From the NCBI GenBank assembly GCA_947259735.1, contig CAMYNN010000001.1, positions 114,515-178,514 of the forward strand: DNA of 64,000 bases. The letters are read 5' to 3'. Shown one piece after another: positions 41,923 to 50,818 of this stretch. The DNA comes from Thermodesulfovibrionia bacterium. GTDB lineage: Bacteria > Nitrospirota > Thermodesulfovibrionia > UBA6902. Numbering within the stretch: position 1 is the first letter of the stretch; each line of letters opens with the position of its first letter. A model generated the notes under the pieces. The model saw only the letters and a list, made by a program, of their open reading frames with translations. It did not search any database and was not told the DNA's origin. A program made the position numbers and the translations under genes.

Positions 41923-43028
41923 GAAAAGAAACAGACATGAAAGAGGAAGAGCATGAACTGGGGCAGCAGTCACCCTTATTCAGGCAGATACACACGAGTC
42001 AGAAGTGGTGGCAGAACATCATTGATGCCATAACGGATTACCTGTTCGTGATTGACCAGAATTATAAAATATTACGCACGAACAAGGCATTTGCCAATCT
42101 CTTCGACAGGGAGCCGGCAGACATCATCATGAAACCCTACTACGAGCTTTTTGAATTGAGCGAGCCCCACGAGTGGTGCCTGCTGCCTGATGCAAAGGAG
42201 GGTTTCTCGTCCCGTTCTGTGGAGAGGACCCTGAATAATACGGACTACCTGATCAGTTGTTATCCGATAAATTATGATGACCATGAAGCCGCAGTATATA
42301 TTATGAGAGACATTACGGAAACCAGGCGGCTGAAAGACCAGGTTTATCATCTTGACAAGCTGTCATCTCTTGGAACACTGACGTCAGGGGTAGCCCATGA
42401 GATCAATAACCCCCTTACGGGAATTATCGGTTACACAGAAATGCTTCTCATGAAAAATCAAAATGATAAGAACGAAAAGTACCTCAGGAATGTCTATGAT
42501 TCTGCAATAAGGTGCAAGCGAATTGTTGAGAATATGCTTACATTTTCGAGACAGACACCTGCCCAGAAGAGTGTAGTAAAAATAAATGACATTATCGACA
42601 AAACTATTGAACTCCACGAGTACTGGCTGAAATCTACGAATATTGAATTAATCAGAAATTATGGCGACGTGCCTTCCCTCTCTGTCGACCACCAGCAGAT
42701 ACAGCAGGTGATACTGAACCTTATCATAAATGCCGAACATGCCATTTCAGAAGCTGGAGGGAAGGGGCGCATTGAGTTTAAATCATATTTTGATGCAGAA
42801 TCGAAGACCACATTCATAGAGGTGGCGGATAACGGCAGGGGAATCCCGCCTGACGTGCTCCCAAAAATATTTGACCCCTTCTTCACGACAAAACCGGTGA
42901 ACAAGGGTACAGGTCTCGGGCTTTCAATCGCTCATGGCATCATAGCAGAACAGGGTGGGACGATAGAGGTGAAGAGTACATCCGGCGAAGGGACTTTATT
43001 CACCATCAAGTTGCCTCAATTAAACTAA
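41919..43028 (+). CDS. Cytoplasmic PAS-domain sensor histidine kinase
   Basis: Overlaps the motB stop (ATGA). PAS-like N-terminus ([29 protein letters not shown]), H-box [20 protein letters not shown], and N/G boxes ([22 protein letters not shown]). No TM segment. Confidence 0.85.
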   Translation: MRKETDMKEEEHELGQQSPLFRQIHTSQKWWQNIIDAITDYLFVIDQNYKILRTNKAFANLFDREPADIIMKPYYELFELSEPHEWCLLPDAKEGFSSRSVERTLNNTDYLISCYPINYDDHEAAVYIMRDITETRRLKDQVYHLDKLSSLGTLTSGVAHEINNPLTGIIGYTEMLLMKNQNDKNEKYLRNVYDSAIRCKRIVENMLTFSRQTPAQKSVVKINDIIDKTIELHEYWLKSTNIELIRNYGDVPSLSVDHQQIQQVILNLIINAEHAISEAGGKGRIEFKSYFDAESKTTFIEVADNGRGIPPDVLPKIFDPFFTTKPVNKGTGLGLSIAHGIIAEQGGTIEVKSTSGEGTLFTIKLPQLN

Positions 43029-44153
43029 CTATTTTCCACCCGGTGTGTCGGTGAACAGATCATCGGACAGAACAGGACTTAAAAGTTCTTTGATTACCGG
43101 TACTCTCGGTCCACCCCGCACATTATTAAGTTCTTGCCCGGCAGGACTGTGATTCTTTGTATTTGAAGAATAATTTCCGTTTTTCATCTTGACGTTGCCT
43201 TGCCGAATGATAGAGTCGTAGTCCCGTGTCGATGTACCTGCTGCCGCTTTTTCTTTCATTATTGCTTCAGGGTGCGGAATTGATTTACTATCTATTGTGG
43301 ATATAAGTTCTTTCGGCACATCCTTTAACTGTTGGCCATCACTTTTTATTACGACAATATCTTCCTTTTTTCTCTCTGGTGCCTTAAGGGTAATACTGAT
43401 GCGGCGGTTACGAGGATCTCTCGGGTCATCTTTGATAAGCGGGTCTGAGTCGGCATACCCGGCGACGCGGGAAATCCTTTTCGGATCCAGCCCCTCTGAT
43501 TCGAGGGCCCTTCTCGCTGATGACGCCCTTTCCGTGGACAGTTCCCAGTTGCTGTACTCTTTTCCGGCATAGGGCAGTGAGTCTGTATGTCCTTCAATGA
43601 TAATCTTGTTATCAACACTGTTGATATCTTTACTTAATATTTTAAGGACTTCTCTGGCCTTTGTTGTTAATGTGTTTTTTCCGCGTTCGAACATTAAACT
43701 GCCTTCTTTGTCGATCATCTGAATCCGGATACCTTCATCAACAATATCAATAAGGACCTGGTCTTCCATATCACCCATTTTTTTTGAAATGCCCTCTTTT
43801 ATTGCATCACCAACTTCCAGCATTTTCTTCTGAAGTACTTCTGAATTTTCAACAGTATCACCATGTCTGTCAGCGAATACTTTCATCTTATTTTCTCCGG
43901 ACTCAGCAAAAATGTCACTTGATTTGCCCATCCATGATGTGCCGCCGCTGTCATATAAACTGAAATACTTGAAATAGGCTGACAGCCGGGCCCTTTTTTC
44001 ATCTGACACCATTGAGAGAAGCCAGAGGAGTAAAAAAAAGGCCATCATGGCTGTCACAAAATCTGCATATGCAACTTTCCATCCACCACCGTGGTGACCG
44101 CCTCCGCTGACTTTTTTTACTTTCTTGACTATTATTGAATTATTGTTGCTCAT
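43029..44153 (-). CDS. motB: Flagellar stator protein MotB with a ~120-aa C-terminal extension (stator set 2)
   Basis: 374 aa. GGWKVAYADFVTAMMAFFLLLWLL TM/plug region and an OmpA-like domain (IIIEGHTDSLPY...NWELSTERA...NRRISITL), followed by an unrecognised tail. Confidence 0.85.
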   Translation of the reverse strand: MSNNNSIIVKKVKKVSGGGHHGGGWKVAYADFVTAMMAFFLLLWLLSMVSDEKRARLSAYFKYFSLYDSGGTSWMGKSSDIFAESGENKMKVFADRHGDTVENSEVLQKKMLEVGDAIKEGISKKMGDMEDQVLIDIVDEGIRIQMIDKEGSLMFERGKNTLTTKAREVLKILSKDINSVDNKIIIEGHTDSLPYAGKEYSNWELSTERASSARRALESEGLDPKRISRVAGYADSDPLIKDDPRDPRNRRISITLKAPERKKEDIVVIKSDGQQLKDVPKELISTIDSKSIPHPEAIMKEKAAAGTSTRDYDSIIRQGNVKMKNGNYSSNTKNHSPAGQELNNVRGGPRVPVIKELLSPVLSDDLFTDTPGGK

Positions 44154-44998
44154 GCTCTCAATGACTCCTCAAGCTCCGTAAAACTCGGTTTTGCACCTGA
44201 CGGGATCACGCGACGCGCATATTCGACGGCTATCTGCGGCGCTGAACCTCCTACAAAGGAGACGAGGGCTATTTTGACTACCTGAAAGGCAAGAAGGTCA
44301 TCCTCAGCTATATGCTCAAGGTGTGTTCCCACGGGTCCAACAAATCCATAACTGAGCAATACGCCGAGGAATGTTCCCACAAGAGCTGCTCCAATGCTTG
44401 CACCAAGTACTTCCGGAGGCTCACTGACCTTCCCCATGGTAATGACAACGCCCAGTACAGCGGCTACGATACCGAGGGCCGGAAGTCCATCGGCAATTTT
44501 ATTTATACTGTGAGACGGAATCATCGCCTCATGGTGATGGGACTCCATCTCAAGGTCCATTACATTCTCAAGTTCGAAGGGAGTTACGTTTGCCGATATA
44601 ATTACCTTCAGGTTGTCACAGATAAAGTCCAGAGCATGGTGGTTTTTGAGAATGCTGGGGTATTTGGTGAATATGGGACTTTCTTGCGGATTTTCAATAT
44701 CACCTTCAATGGCGATAAGTCCTTCCTTCCTCATCTTTGTAAATATTGCATTCAGGCATCCCAGTACCTCAAGGAACTGACTTTTATTGGGCCCCTTTGC
44801 AGACAATACTCTCATGCTATTTTTTACAACTATTCCCAGGACGTTAGCAGGGGACTGAATTATAAAAGCACCGACGGCAGCCCCGCCAATAATGAGCAAT
44901 TCTGTGGGCTGAAAGAGGACATGGAGATTCCCGTGATGGAGAACATACCCGCCGATTACAGATGCGAAAACGACAATGATACCAATTATCACAAACAT
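44150..44998 (-). CDS. motA: Flagellar stator protein MotA (282 aa; stator set 2)
   Basis: MFVIIGIIVVFASVIGGYVLHHGNL... with an E. coli-type MotA length. Conserved LPALGIVAAVLGVVITMG and GAALVGTFLGVLLSYGFVGP. Overlaps motB by 4 nt. Confidence 0.9.
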   Translation of the reverse strand: MFVIIGIIVVFASVIGGYVLHHGNLHVLFQPTELLIIGGAAVGAFIIQSPANVLGIVVKNSMRVLSAKGPNKSQFLEVLGCLNAIFTKMRKEGLIAIEGDIENPQESPIFTKYPSILKNHHALDFICDNLKVIISANVTPFELENVMDLEMESHHHEAMIPSHSINKIADGLPALGIVAAVLGVVITMGKVSEPPEVLGASIGAALVGTFLGVLLSYGFVGPVGTHLEHIAEDDLLAFQVVKIALVSFVGGSAPQIAVEYARRVIPSGAKPSFTELEESLRA

Positions 44999-45265
44999 TA
45001 ATATGTTCCTTTACATCAGTTCAGTATGTACGCCTCGATGAGAGGAGTATGTAGACGCCTTGTAATAATATGGTCATAATGATCACACAATCAAGTGACT
45101 GATTAATAAGTTTTATATCATGCTTAACAGCATTTCCATTAAGAAATATTTACTATACTATTCGGTATCAAGGGGATAAAACTTTAATGGATAAATTAAA
45201 GTTGACCACACTGATATCTACCAAAATACATATCTCTTTGATTATTAACGAATGGTCTGTTTATC

Positions 45266-45472
45266 TTAATAATACGAGTGACTCCGGGGTGATGGAAAGG
45301 CATGGGCACTCACAAGAGGAGCCCCTACAATGAATGTGATGCCATGTACATTATTGGGCATTACAATATATTCATCAATTGCCATCCCAGGACATTTTAT
45401 TGGTAATTCATTCCATGCGTTCTGTACCATTTCCCCTGCGTCATTCAGCACCATTTCTACATCTCGAATTAT
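45266..45472 (-). pseudogene. Remnant of a REP-associated tyrosine transposase (RAYT, IS200/IS605-like)
   Basis: The translation ..IIRDVEMVLNDAGEMVQNAWNELPIKCPGMAIDEYIVMPNNVHGITFIVG.. matches the central block of RAYT-type proteins (…GEMxLNxxGxxVxxxWxxLPxxFPxxxxDxxVVMPNHxHGII…). The N-terminus is cut off by an in-frame stop, the HUH motif is degenerate (NVH), and the C-terminal catalytic-Tyr region is absent. Confidence 0.6.
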
Positions 45473-45653
45473 TTATACTTAGACAGAGGCTGCATTTATC
45501 ATAGGAACACAAAAATTATTGAATAAAATTTCATTTCATTCTATTTCTATTTCCCATTCTGTAATGTATTTTCTGTATAGTGCCCTCTTTTCTACTACTA
45601 TTGTTGTATAATAGTTTGCGTAAAGGTTGATAAAACCCTTTAAAATCAAGGGA

Positions 45654-45739
45654 GCCGGAGTGGTGGAATGGCAGACGCGGTGGACTCAAAATCCATTGTC
45701 CGCAAGGACGTGCGGGTTCAACTCCCGCCTCCGGCACCA
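45654..45739 (+). tRNA. tRNA-Leu (anticodon CAA)
   Basis: GCCGGAG acceptor stem pairs with CTCCGGC. Anticodon stem GTGGA/TCCAT with loop CTCAAAA (anticodon CAA). Long variable arm GTCC-GCAA-GGAC. T-arm GCGGG-TTCAACT-CCCGC. Discriminator A and encoded CCA. Confidence 0.9.
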
Positions 45740-45783
45740 TTAAAACATGATAAGGTTACTCTATATAAAGGAAAGAAAGAAAT

Positions 45784-46323
45784 ATGAAACGATATAGTTT
45801 ACTGTGTGTCCTGGCTTTTATTGCCGGATTGTACCTTTTTGTTTCCCAGGTGACTATTGACAGTGCCGAGGGATTTAATCCGATGCTTGTCGACAGCAGG
45901 ATCGGTGCGAGCGCTCCTGACTTTGTGTTGAAGGATCTGACAGGGAAGGAAGTATCCCTTTCATCATTAAAAGGGAAGAATGTTCTTTTAAACTTCTGGG
46001 CAACATGGTGCCCATACTGCAGAAAAGAAAGGAACCACCTGAACATGATTCATGCCGAATACGGCGAGAGGGGACTCGCCATCATTTCTGTCTCCATTGA
46101 CCGTTCAATCGAAACAGTCAAAAATTATATGAAAAAAAACCCGTCTGAATTTCCGGTCCTTTCCGACAGCGACGGCACAGTGGCTGCACTTTACAATATT
46201 GCTGGACTTCCCACATCATACTTTATAGATGAAGAGGGTATCGTTAAGAAAAAATTCACAGGCTTCAGGGATTGGACCGGCAAAGGGTCGAAACAGTATA
46301 TCGATAAATTCCTTGCTGAATAA
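45784..46323 (+). CDS. TlpA/ResA-like periplasmic thiol:disulfide oxidoreductase
   Basis: 179 aa. N-terminal signal/anchor and thioredoxin fold with active site WATWCPYCRKE. Confidence 0.8.
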   Translation: MKRYSLLCVLAFIAGLYLFVSQVTIDSAEGFNPMLVDSRIGASAPDFVLKDLTGKEVSLSSLKGKNVLLNFWATWCPYCRKERNHLNMIHAEYGERGLAIISVSIDRSIETVKNYMKKNPSEFPVLSDSDGTVAALYNIAGLPTSYFIDEEGIVKKKFTGFRDWTGKGSKQYIDKFLAE

Positions 46324-46332
46324 GCTGTTTTC

Positions 46333-46361
46333 TTGACAAATTGTATTTCTATGATTAGAAT
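46333..46361 (+). promoter_or_regulatory. sigma-70 type promoter for gcvH-lpdA
   Basis: TTGACA (46333-46338), a 17-nt spacer, then TAGAAT (46356-46361). It lies ~60 nt upstream of the gcvH ATG. Confidence 0.55.
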
Positions 46362-46423
46362 TTCACACACCTTTTTATTCAAGAAAGAACACAGAACCAG
46401 TAATTTAATCAAGGAGGGTAAAC

Positions 46424-46816
46424 ATGTATCCTGATGATGTCAAATATCATAAAGAGCATGCGTGGGTTAAAGTGTCAGGGAACAAGGCAACCATAGGGAT
46501 TTCATTTTATGCACAGGAGTCACTTGGTGACATTGTGTATGTGGATGCCCCTGAACTTGAGTCCACGATAGAGGCAGGCACTGAACTTACCCAGATAGAA
46601 TCGACGAAAGCCACTTCGTCTGTTATCAGTCCCGTGAGCGGAACCGTAGTTGAATTTAATGAAGACTTGGGAGATTCTCCTGAAATAATCAATGAAGACC
46701 CCTATGGCAAGGGATGGGTTGCGGTTATTGAAATGGAGAGTGATTCAGAACTGGGTGATCTCATGGATTCAGCTGATTATGAAAAATATCTCGAAGATGA
46801 GGTGAAACTGAAATAA
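46424..46816 (+). CDS. gcvH: Glycine cleavage system H protein (lipoyl carrier)
   Basis: 130 aa. YHKEHAWVK...GISFYAQESLGDIVYVD...ESTKATSSVISPVSGTVVEFN with the lipoyl-lysine motif. Confidence 0.9.
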   Translation: MYPDDVKYHKEHAWVKVSGNKATIGISFYAQESLGDIVYVDAPELESTIEAGTELTQIESTKATSSVISPVSGTVVEFNEDLGDSPEIINEDPYGKGWVAVIEMESDSELGDLMDSADYEKYLEDEVKLK

Positions 46817-48201
46817 TGAAGATAACAATACTGGGTGCCGGACCGGGTGGTTATGTTGCAGCTATAAGGGCTGCCCAGCTTGGTGCTGAAGTCATGGTTA
46901 TAGAGGAAGGTGAAGTTGGAGGTACATGCCTTAACTGGGGATGCATACCCACAAAGACATTAATAGCTTCAGCAGAAGTCCTGCACAAGGCAAAAAATGC
47001 CAAAAATTACGGACTGGACCTCGAGGGGACGATAACCCCGAATATAGAGAGAATAGTCGAGAGAAAAAACAAGGTTGTTGCAACACAGGTAAAAGGAATT
47101 CGTGGTCTTTTCAAATCCTGGGGCGTACGGCTTATTGAAGGAAGGGGAGTCATAGTAAATCCTGGGTTAATCAGTGTGTCTTTCCCGGACGGTTCAACTT
47201 CTGAAGTGGAGACGGATAAAATCATTATCGCGACGGGATCAAAGCCCGCGCAGATACCTGTGTTTCCTTATGACGGTACCCGGATTCTGTCCAGTGATCA
47301 TGCCATTAATCCCGATTCAGTACCTGAAAGCCTTCTCGTTATCGGAGCAGGCGTTATCGGGTGTGAATTTGCATTTATCTATAAAGAATTCGGCTCCGAT
47401 GTGACAATGGTTGAGATGATGCCAAACGCGGTTTCGACTGAGGATGAAGAAATTTCTCAATTACTCGAAAGAGAACTGAAGAAAAAGAAAATTAAATTAT
47501 TAACAAACACAAGCGTTGATAAGGTTGATGTCCGGGACAAAGGAGTATCGGTTGCACTGTCGAACGGAAAGACCATCGAAGCGGAAAAAGTGCTTGTTTC
47601 CATCGGCAGGTCTGTGAATAGCAGGGAAATAGGGCTTGAAGCGGTTGGCGTAAAAACAGGGCAGAGAGGGGAGATTTTAGTTGACAGCAGCCTTCAGACG
47701 AATGTAGGGGGAATTTTCGCGATAGGCGATGTTGTTGGAGGTATTATGCTTGCCCACCTTGCTTCAAAGGAAGGTATGGTTGCTGCAGAAAACGCTATGG
47801 GAGCAAAATCCAGTGTCAACTACGATGTTATACCTGCTGCAATTTTTACCAGCCCTGAAATTGGGTCTGTTGGTCTAAGGGAAAAGGATGTTGTGGACAA
47901 GGGAATTCAATACAAGGTCGGGCGGTTTCAGTTCAGGGCCCTAGGAAAGGCTCATGCCATGGGTGAAATAGCGGGGCTCTTCAAAATCATATCAGAGGCG
48001 AGCACCGACAAAATACTCGGTGCGCACATTATCGGACCGCATGCCTCTGATTTAGTCCATGAAATTGCAGTAGCTATGGAAAAAGGACTGACAGTGAAAG
48101 ATATTGCTCACACAATTCATGCACACCCCACACTTGCCGAAGGCATTATGGAAGCTGCCGAGGATGTCCATGACATGGCTGTGCACTGTCCCAAGAAGTG
48201 A
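46816..48201 (+). CDS. lpdA: Dihydrolipoyl dehydrogenase (E3 / L-protein)
   Basis: 461 aa. GAGPGGYVAAIRAAQLG FAD motif, redox-active GGTCLNWGCIPTK, and C-terminal HAHPTLAE. Confidence 0.9.
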   Translation: MKITILGAGPGGYVAAIRAAQLGAEVMVIEEGEVGGTCLNWGCIPTKTLIASAEVLHKAKNAKNYGLDLEGTITPNIERIVERKNKVVATQVKGIRGLFKSWGVRLIEGRGVIVNPGLISVSFPDGSTSEVETDKIIIATGSKPAQIPVFPYDGTRILSSDHAINPDSVPESLLVIGAGVIGCEFAFIYKEFGSDVTMVEMMPNAVSTEDEEISQLLERELKKKKIKLLTNTSVDKVDVRDKGVSVALSNGKTIEAEKVLVSIGRSVNSREIGLEAVGVKTGQRGEILVDSSLQTNVGGIFAIGDVVGGIMLAHLASKEGMVAAENAMGAKSSVNYDVIPAAIFTSPEIGSVGLREKDVVDKGIQYKVGRFQFRALGKAHAMGEIAGLFKIISEASTDKILGAHIIGPHASDLVHEIAVAMEKGLTVKDIAHTIHAHPTLAEGIMEAAEDVHDMAVHCPKK

Positions 48202-48340
48202 GTTTAATGTAAGTTGTAAGACTAGTGATGTTAACATATTGAATAACCATAAAATTAAGTTCATTGTTGGTTGTTAAATAAATCCCCCGTACTGCCGCGC
48301 ATTGGTGGTAGGGGGTTTTTCACAGAAAGATGCTTCGGAG

Positions 48341-49180
48341 ATGAAAACAAGGGAAGTAAAAGCAGGAAGCGTTAAAATTGGGGCTGGAAACCCGCTTGTC
48401 TTTATTGCCGGTCCCTGTGTTATTGAGGATGCGGTTTCCACTCTCAGGCATGCTGAAAGACTGAAGCAATTCGGGGAAACTCTTGGAATCCCAATAATAT
48501 TTAAAAGCTCCTTTGATAAAGCAAACAGGACTTCTCTGAATTCCTTCAGGGGGCCCGGAATCAAAAAAGGCCTCTCTATTCTGAAAAAAGTCAGAGATGA
48601 AACTGAGCTTCCCGTTATATCTGATGTTCATTCTGTTGAGGAAGTTGCCGATGCTGCGGAAGTGCTGGACATTATCCAGATACCGGCTTTTCTCTGCAGA
48701 CAGACAGATTTACTTGTGGCTGCAGCGCAAACCGGAAAACCGGTCAATGTAAAGAAGGGACAGTTTTTAGCACCCGGTGACGCAGAGAATATTATAGGTA
48801 AAGTGACTTCCGTCGGTAATAAGAACGTTATGCTGACTGAAAGAGGCGTTACATTCGGATATAATAATCTTGTGGTTGACATGCGGTCCATACCGATAAT
48901 GCAAAGCTTCGGATACCCTGTTGTGTATGATGCAACGCACAGTGTTCAACTTCCCGGAGGAAAGGGGTCCTGTTCCGGAGGGCAGAGAGAGTTTATTGGC
49001 ACTCTTTCAAAATCAGCGGTTTCGGCAGGCTGCGATGCCGTTTTTATGGAAGTTCATGACGACCCTGACAAGGCCCCCTGCGATGGACCGAATATGCTGT
49101 CCCTCGACATGTTTGCCCTGTTGGCAGAACAGCTCATGGCACTGAACCTTCTTGTGAGGAAGTGGGAAGACCAGAGTTGA
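48341..49180 (+). CDS. kdsA: 3-deoxy-D-manno-octulosonate-8-phosphate synthase
   Basis: The track starts at TTG 48302; ATG 48341 gives MKTREVKAGSVKIGAGNPLVFIAGPCVIE. Also KSSFDKANRTS, IPAFLCRQTDL and YDATHSVQLPGG. Confidence 0.9.
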   Translation: MKTREVKAGSVKIGAGNPLVFIAGPCVIEDAVSTLRHAERLKQFGETLGIPIIFKSSFDKANRTSLNSFRGPGIKKGLSILKKVRDETELPVISDVHSVEEVADAAEVLDIIQIPAFLCRQTDLLVAAAQTGKPVNVKKGQFLAPGDAENIIGKVTSVGNKNVMLTERGVTFGYNNLVVDMRSIPIMQSFGYPVVYDATHSVQLPGGKGSCSGGQREFIGTLSKSAVSAGCDAVFMEVHDDPDKAPCDGPNMLSLDMFALLAEQLMALNLLVRKWEDQS

Positions 49181-49226
49181 TAAATGCCTGTCGTTCGTTT
49201 GAAGGAAAAGGAACATAAATTTTGTT

Positions 49227-50195
49227 ATGAATAAGATTATTGAAGACGCAAAAAATATATTAAAAATAGAAGCGGATGCAGTAAGGAAACTTATTGACCG
49301 TGTCGATGAATCTTTTGTTCAGGCAGTACATGTAATGTATGAATGCAGAGGAAAGGTGGTTGTCACCGGCATGGGGAAGTCCGGAATCATCGGTAAAAAA
49401 ATAGCAGCCACTCTTGCTTCTACCGGCACGCCTGCCCTGTTTCTGAATCCTGCTGAAGGGAGTCATGGCGACATAGGAATGGTATCAAAGGACGATGTAA
49501 TCCTTGCGATTTCCAACAGTGGAGAAACTGAAGAGGTTGTGCGCATTCTTCCCACCCTCAAGAGACTGGACATGAAAATTATTGCCATGACAGGCAACTT
49601 CCAGTCTGTTCTCTCAAAAAGGTCCGATGTTTCACTCGATATTTCAGTAGCAGAAGAGGCATGCCCAATGGGACTGGCACCCACAGCGTCTACAACTGCG
49701 GCCCTTGCAATGGGAGATGCCCTTGCCATATCACTGCTCAGCAAAAAAGGATTTACCGAGGAGGACTTCGCATTCTTCCATCCCGGTGGAAGCCTTGGAC
49801 GAAAACTGCTCCTGACGGTTGAAGACCTTATGCATAGTGGAGATGTTGTCCCGTCTGTAGATTCAGATACACTTGTGAAAGACGCTATTATAGAAATCTC
49901 TTCAAAAAGACTGGGACTCACAACTGTTCTTGATACGGACAATAAACTCCTGGGGGTAATCACCGACGGTGACCTGCGGAGGGGGCTTGAAAAGTGGGGT
50001 GAAGATTTTTTCTCTCTACGGGCGGGTGAAGTCATGACCCACAGGCCTAAAACGATCAGGAAAAATATGCTGGCTGCCAAAGCGGTAGCTTTAATGGAAA
50101 AATATACTATAACTGTCCTTGTTGTTGCTGAAGAGGATCACACTGTAGACGGTGTAATTCATCTTCATGATTTATTGAAGGCAGGGATTGTATAA
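49227..50195 (+). CDS. kdsD: Arabinose-5-phosphate isomerase (SIS + tandem CBS)
   Basis: 322 aa. SIS domain VVVTGMGKSGIIGKKIAATLASTGTPA...ISNSGETEE and two C-terminal CBS repeats. Confidence 0.9.
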   Translation: MNKIIEDAKNILKIEADAVRKLIDRVDESFVQAVHVMYECRGKVVVTGMGKSGIIGKKIAATLASTGTPALFLNPAEGSHGDIGMVSKDDVILAISNSGETEEVVRILPTLKRLDMKIIAMTGNFQSVLSKRSDVSLDISVAEEACPMGLAPTASTTAALAMGDALAISLLSKKGFTEEDFAFFHPGGSLGRKLLLTVEDLMHSGDVVPSVDSDTLVKDAIIEISSKRLGLTTVLDTDNKLLGVITDGDLRRGLEKWGEDFFSLRAGEVMTHRPKTIRKNMLAAKAVALMEKYTITVLVVAEEDHTVDGVIHLHDLLKAGIV

Positions 50196-50290
50196 CTGTT
50201 CAGGTCTGAGTTCGCTTATATTGATTTAACAGGAAAAAGCCGAAGCTGATTTATTTGTATATTGAACAACTGAACGCGTGGGGGTATGGG

Positions 50291-50818
50291 ATGAAAAAAG
50301 GGATAAATGAAAAGGCAAAAAAAATAAAACTCCTGCTTCTCGACGTCGACGGTGTCCTGACCGATGGAAGTATTGTTCTTGACAATGATGGAAATGAGTA
50401 CAAAAGGTTTCATGTCAGGGACGGTCACGGGATTAAGATGCTGCAAAAAGCGGGCATACCGGTTGGAATAATTACAGGAAGAAAATCCAGGGTCGTTGAA
50501 ATACGGGCAAAGGAACTGGGAATTCAGGATGTTCATCAGAAAATATTCAAAAAATCACTTGTATTTGAAAAGATGATGGAGAAGTATAAGTGCAGTGAAG
50601 AAAATGTCGCTTTTATGGGCGATGATGTGGTCGATCAGGAACTTATAAAAAGGGCGGGTCTTACTGCCGCACCTGCCGACGCAGAAGAGGAAATTAAAAA
50701 ACATGCGGACATCATTACAGTGAGACGAGGCGGCAGGGGGGCCGTGAGGGAGTTCACGGACCTCATTCTTAAATTCTCAGGGCTCTGGGAAAAAGTCTCA
50801 GGGGAGTCTCTTGGTTAA
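50291..50818 (+). CDS. kdsC: KDO-8-phosphate phosphatase (HAD family)
   Basis: ATG 50291 (track 50255) gives MKKGINEKAKKIKLLLLDVDGVLTDG (HAD motif I). Also GIITGRKS and MGDDVVD. Confidence 0.85.
   Translation: MKKGINEKAKKIKLLLLDVDGVLTDGSIVLDNDGNEYKRFHVRDGHGIKMLQKAGIPVGIITGRKSRVVEIRAKELGIQDVHQKIFKKSLVFEKMMEKYKCSEENVAFMGDDVVDQELIKRAGLTAAPADAEEEIKKHADIITVRRGGRGAVREFTDLILKFSGLWEKVSGESLG

Noticed and set aside
45161-45186. Possible minus-strand sigma-28 promoter for motA2-motB2 (TAAA-N15-TACCGAATA).
   Set aside because: The -10 half matches only about 5 of 8 consensus positions, in contrast to the two exact matches elsewhere. It is not reported as a feature.
45531-45740. 69-aa minus-strand ORF.
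   Set aside because: It is antisense to tRNA-Leu(CAA) and to a periodic repeat block, so it is an artefact of the tRNA sequence.
46362-46423. Looked for a glycine riboswitch ahead of gcvH.
   Set aside because: The leader between the -10 box and the ATG is only ~60 nt. That is too short for a glycine aptamer, and no conserved aptamer-like stems were seen.
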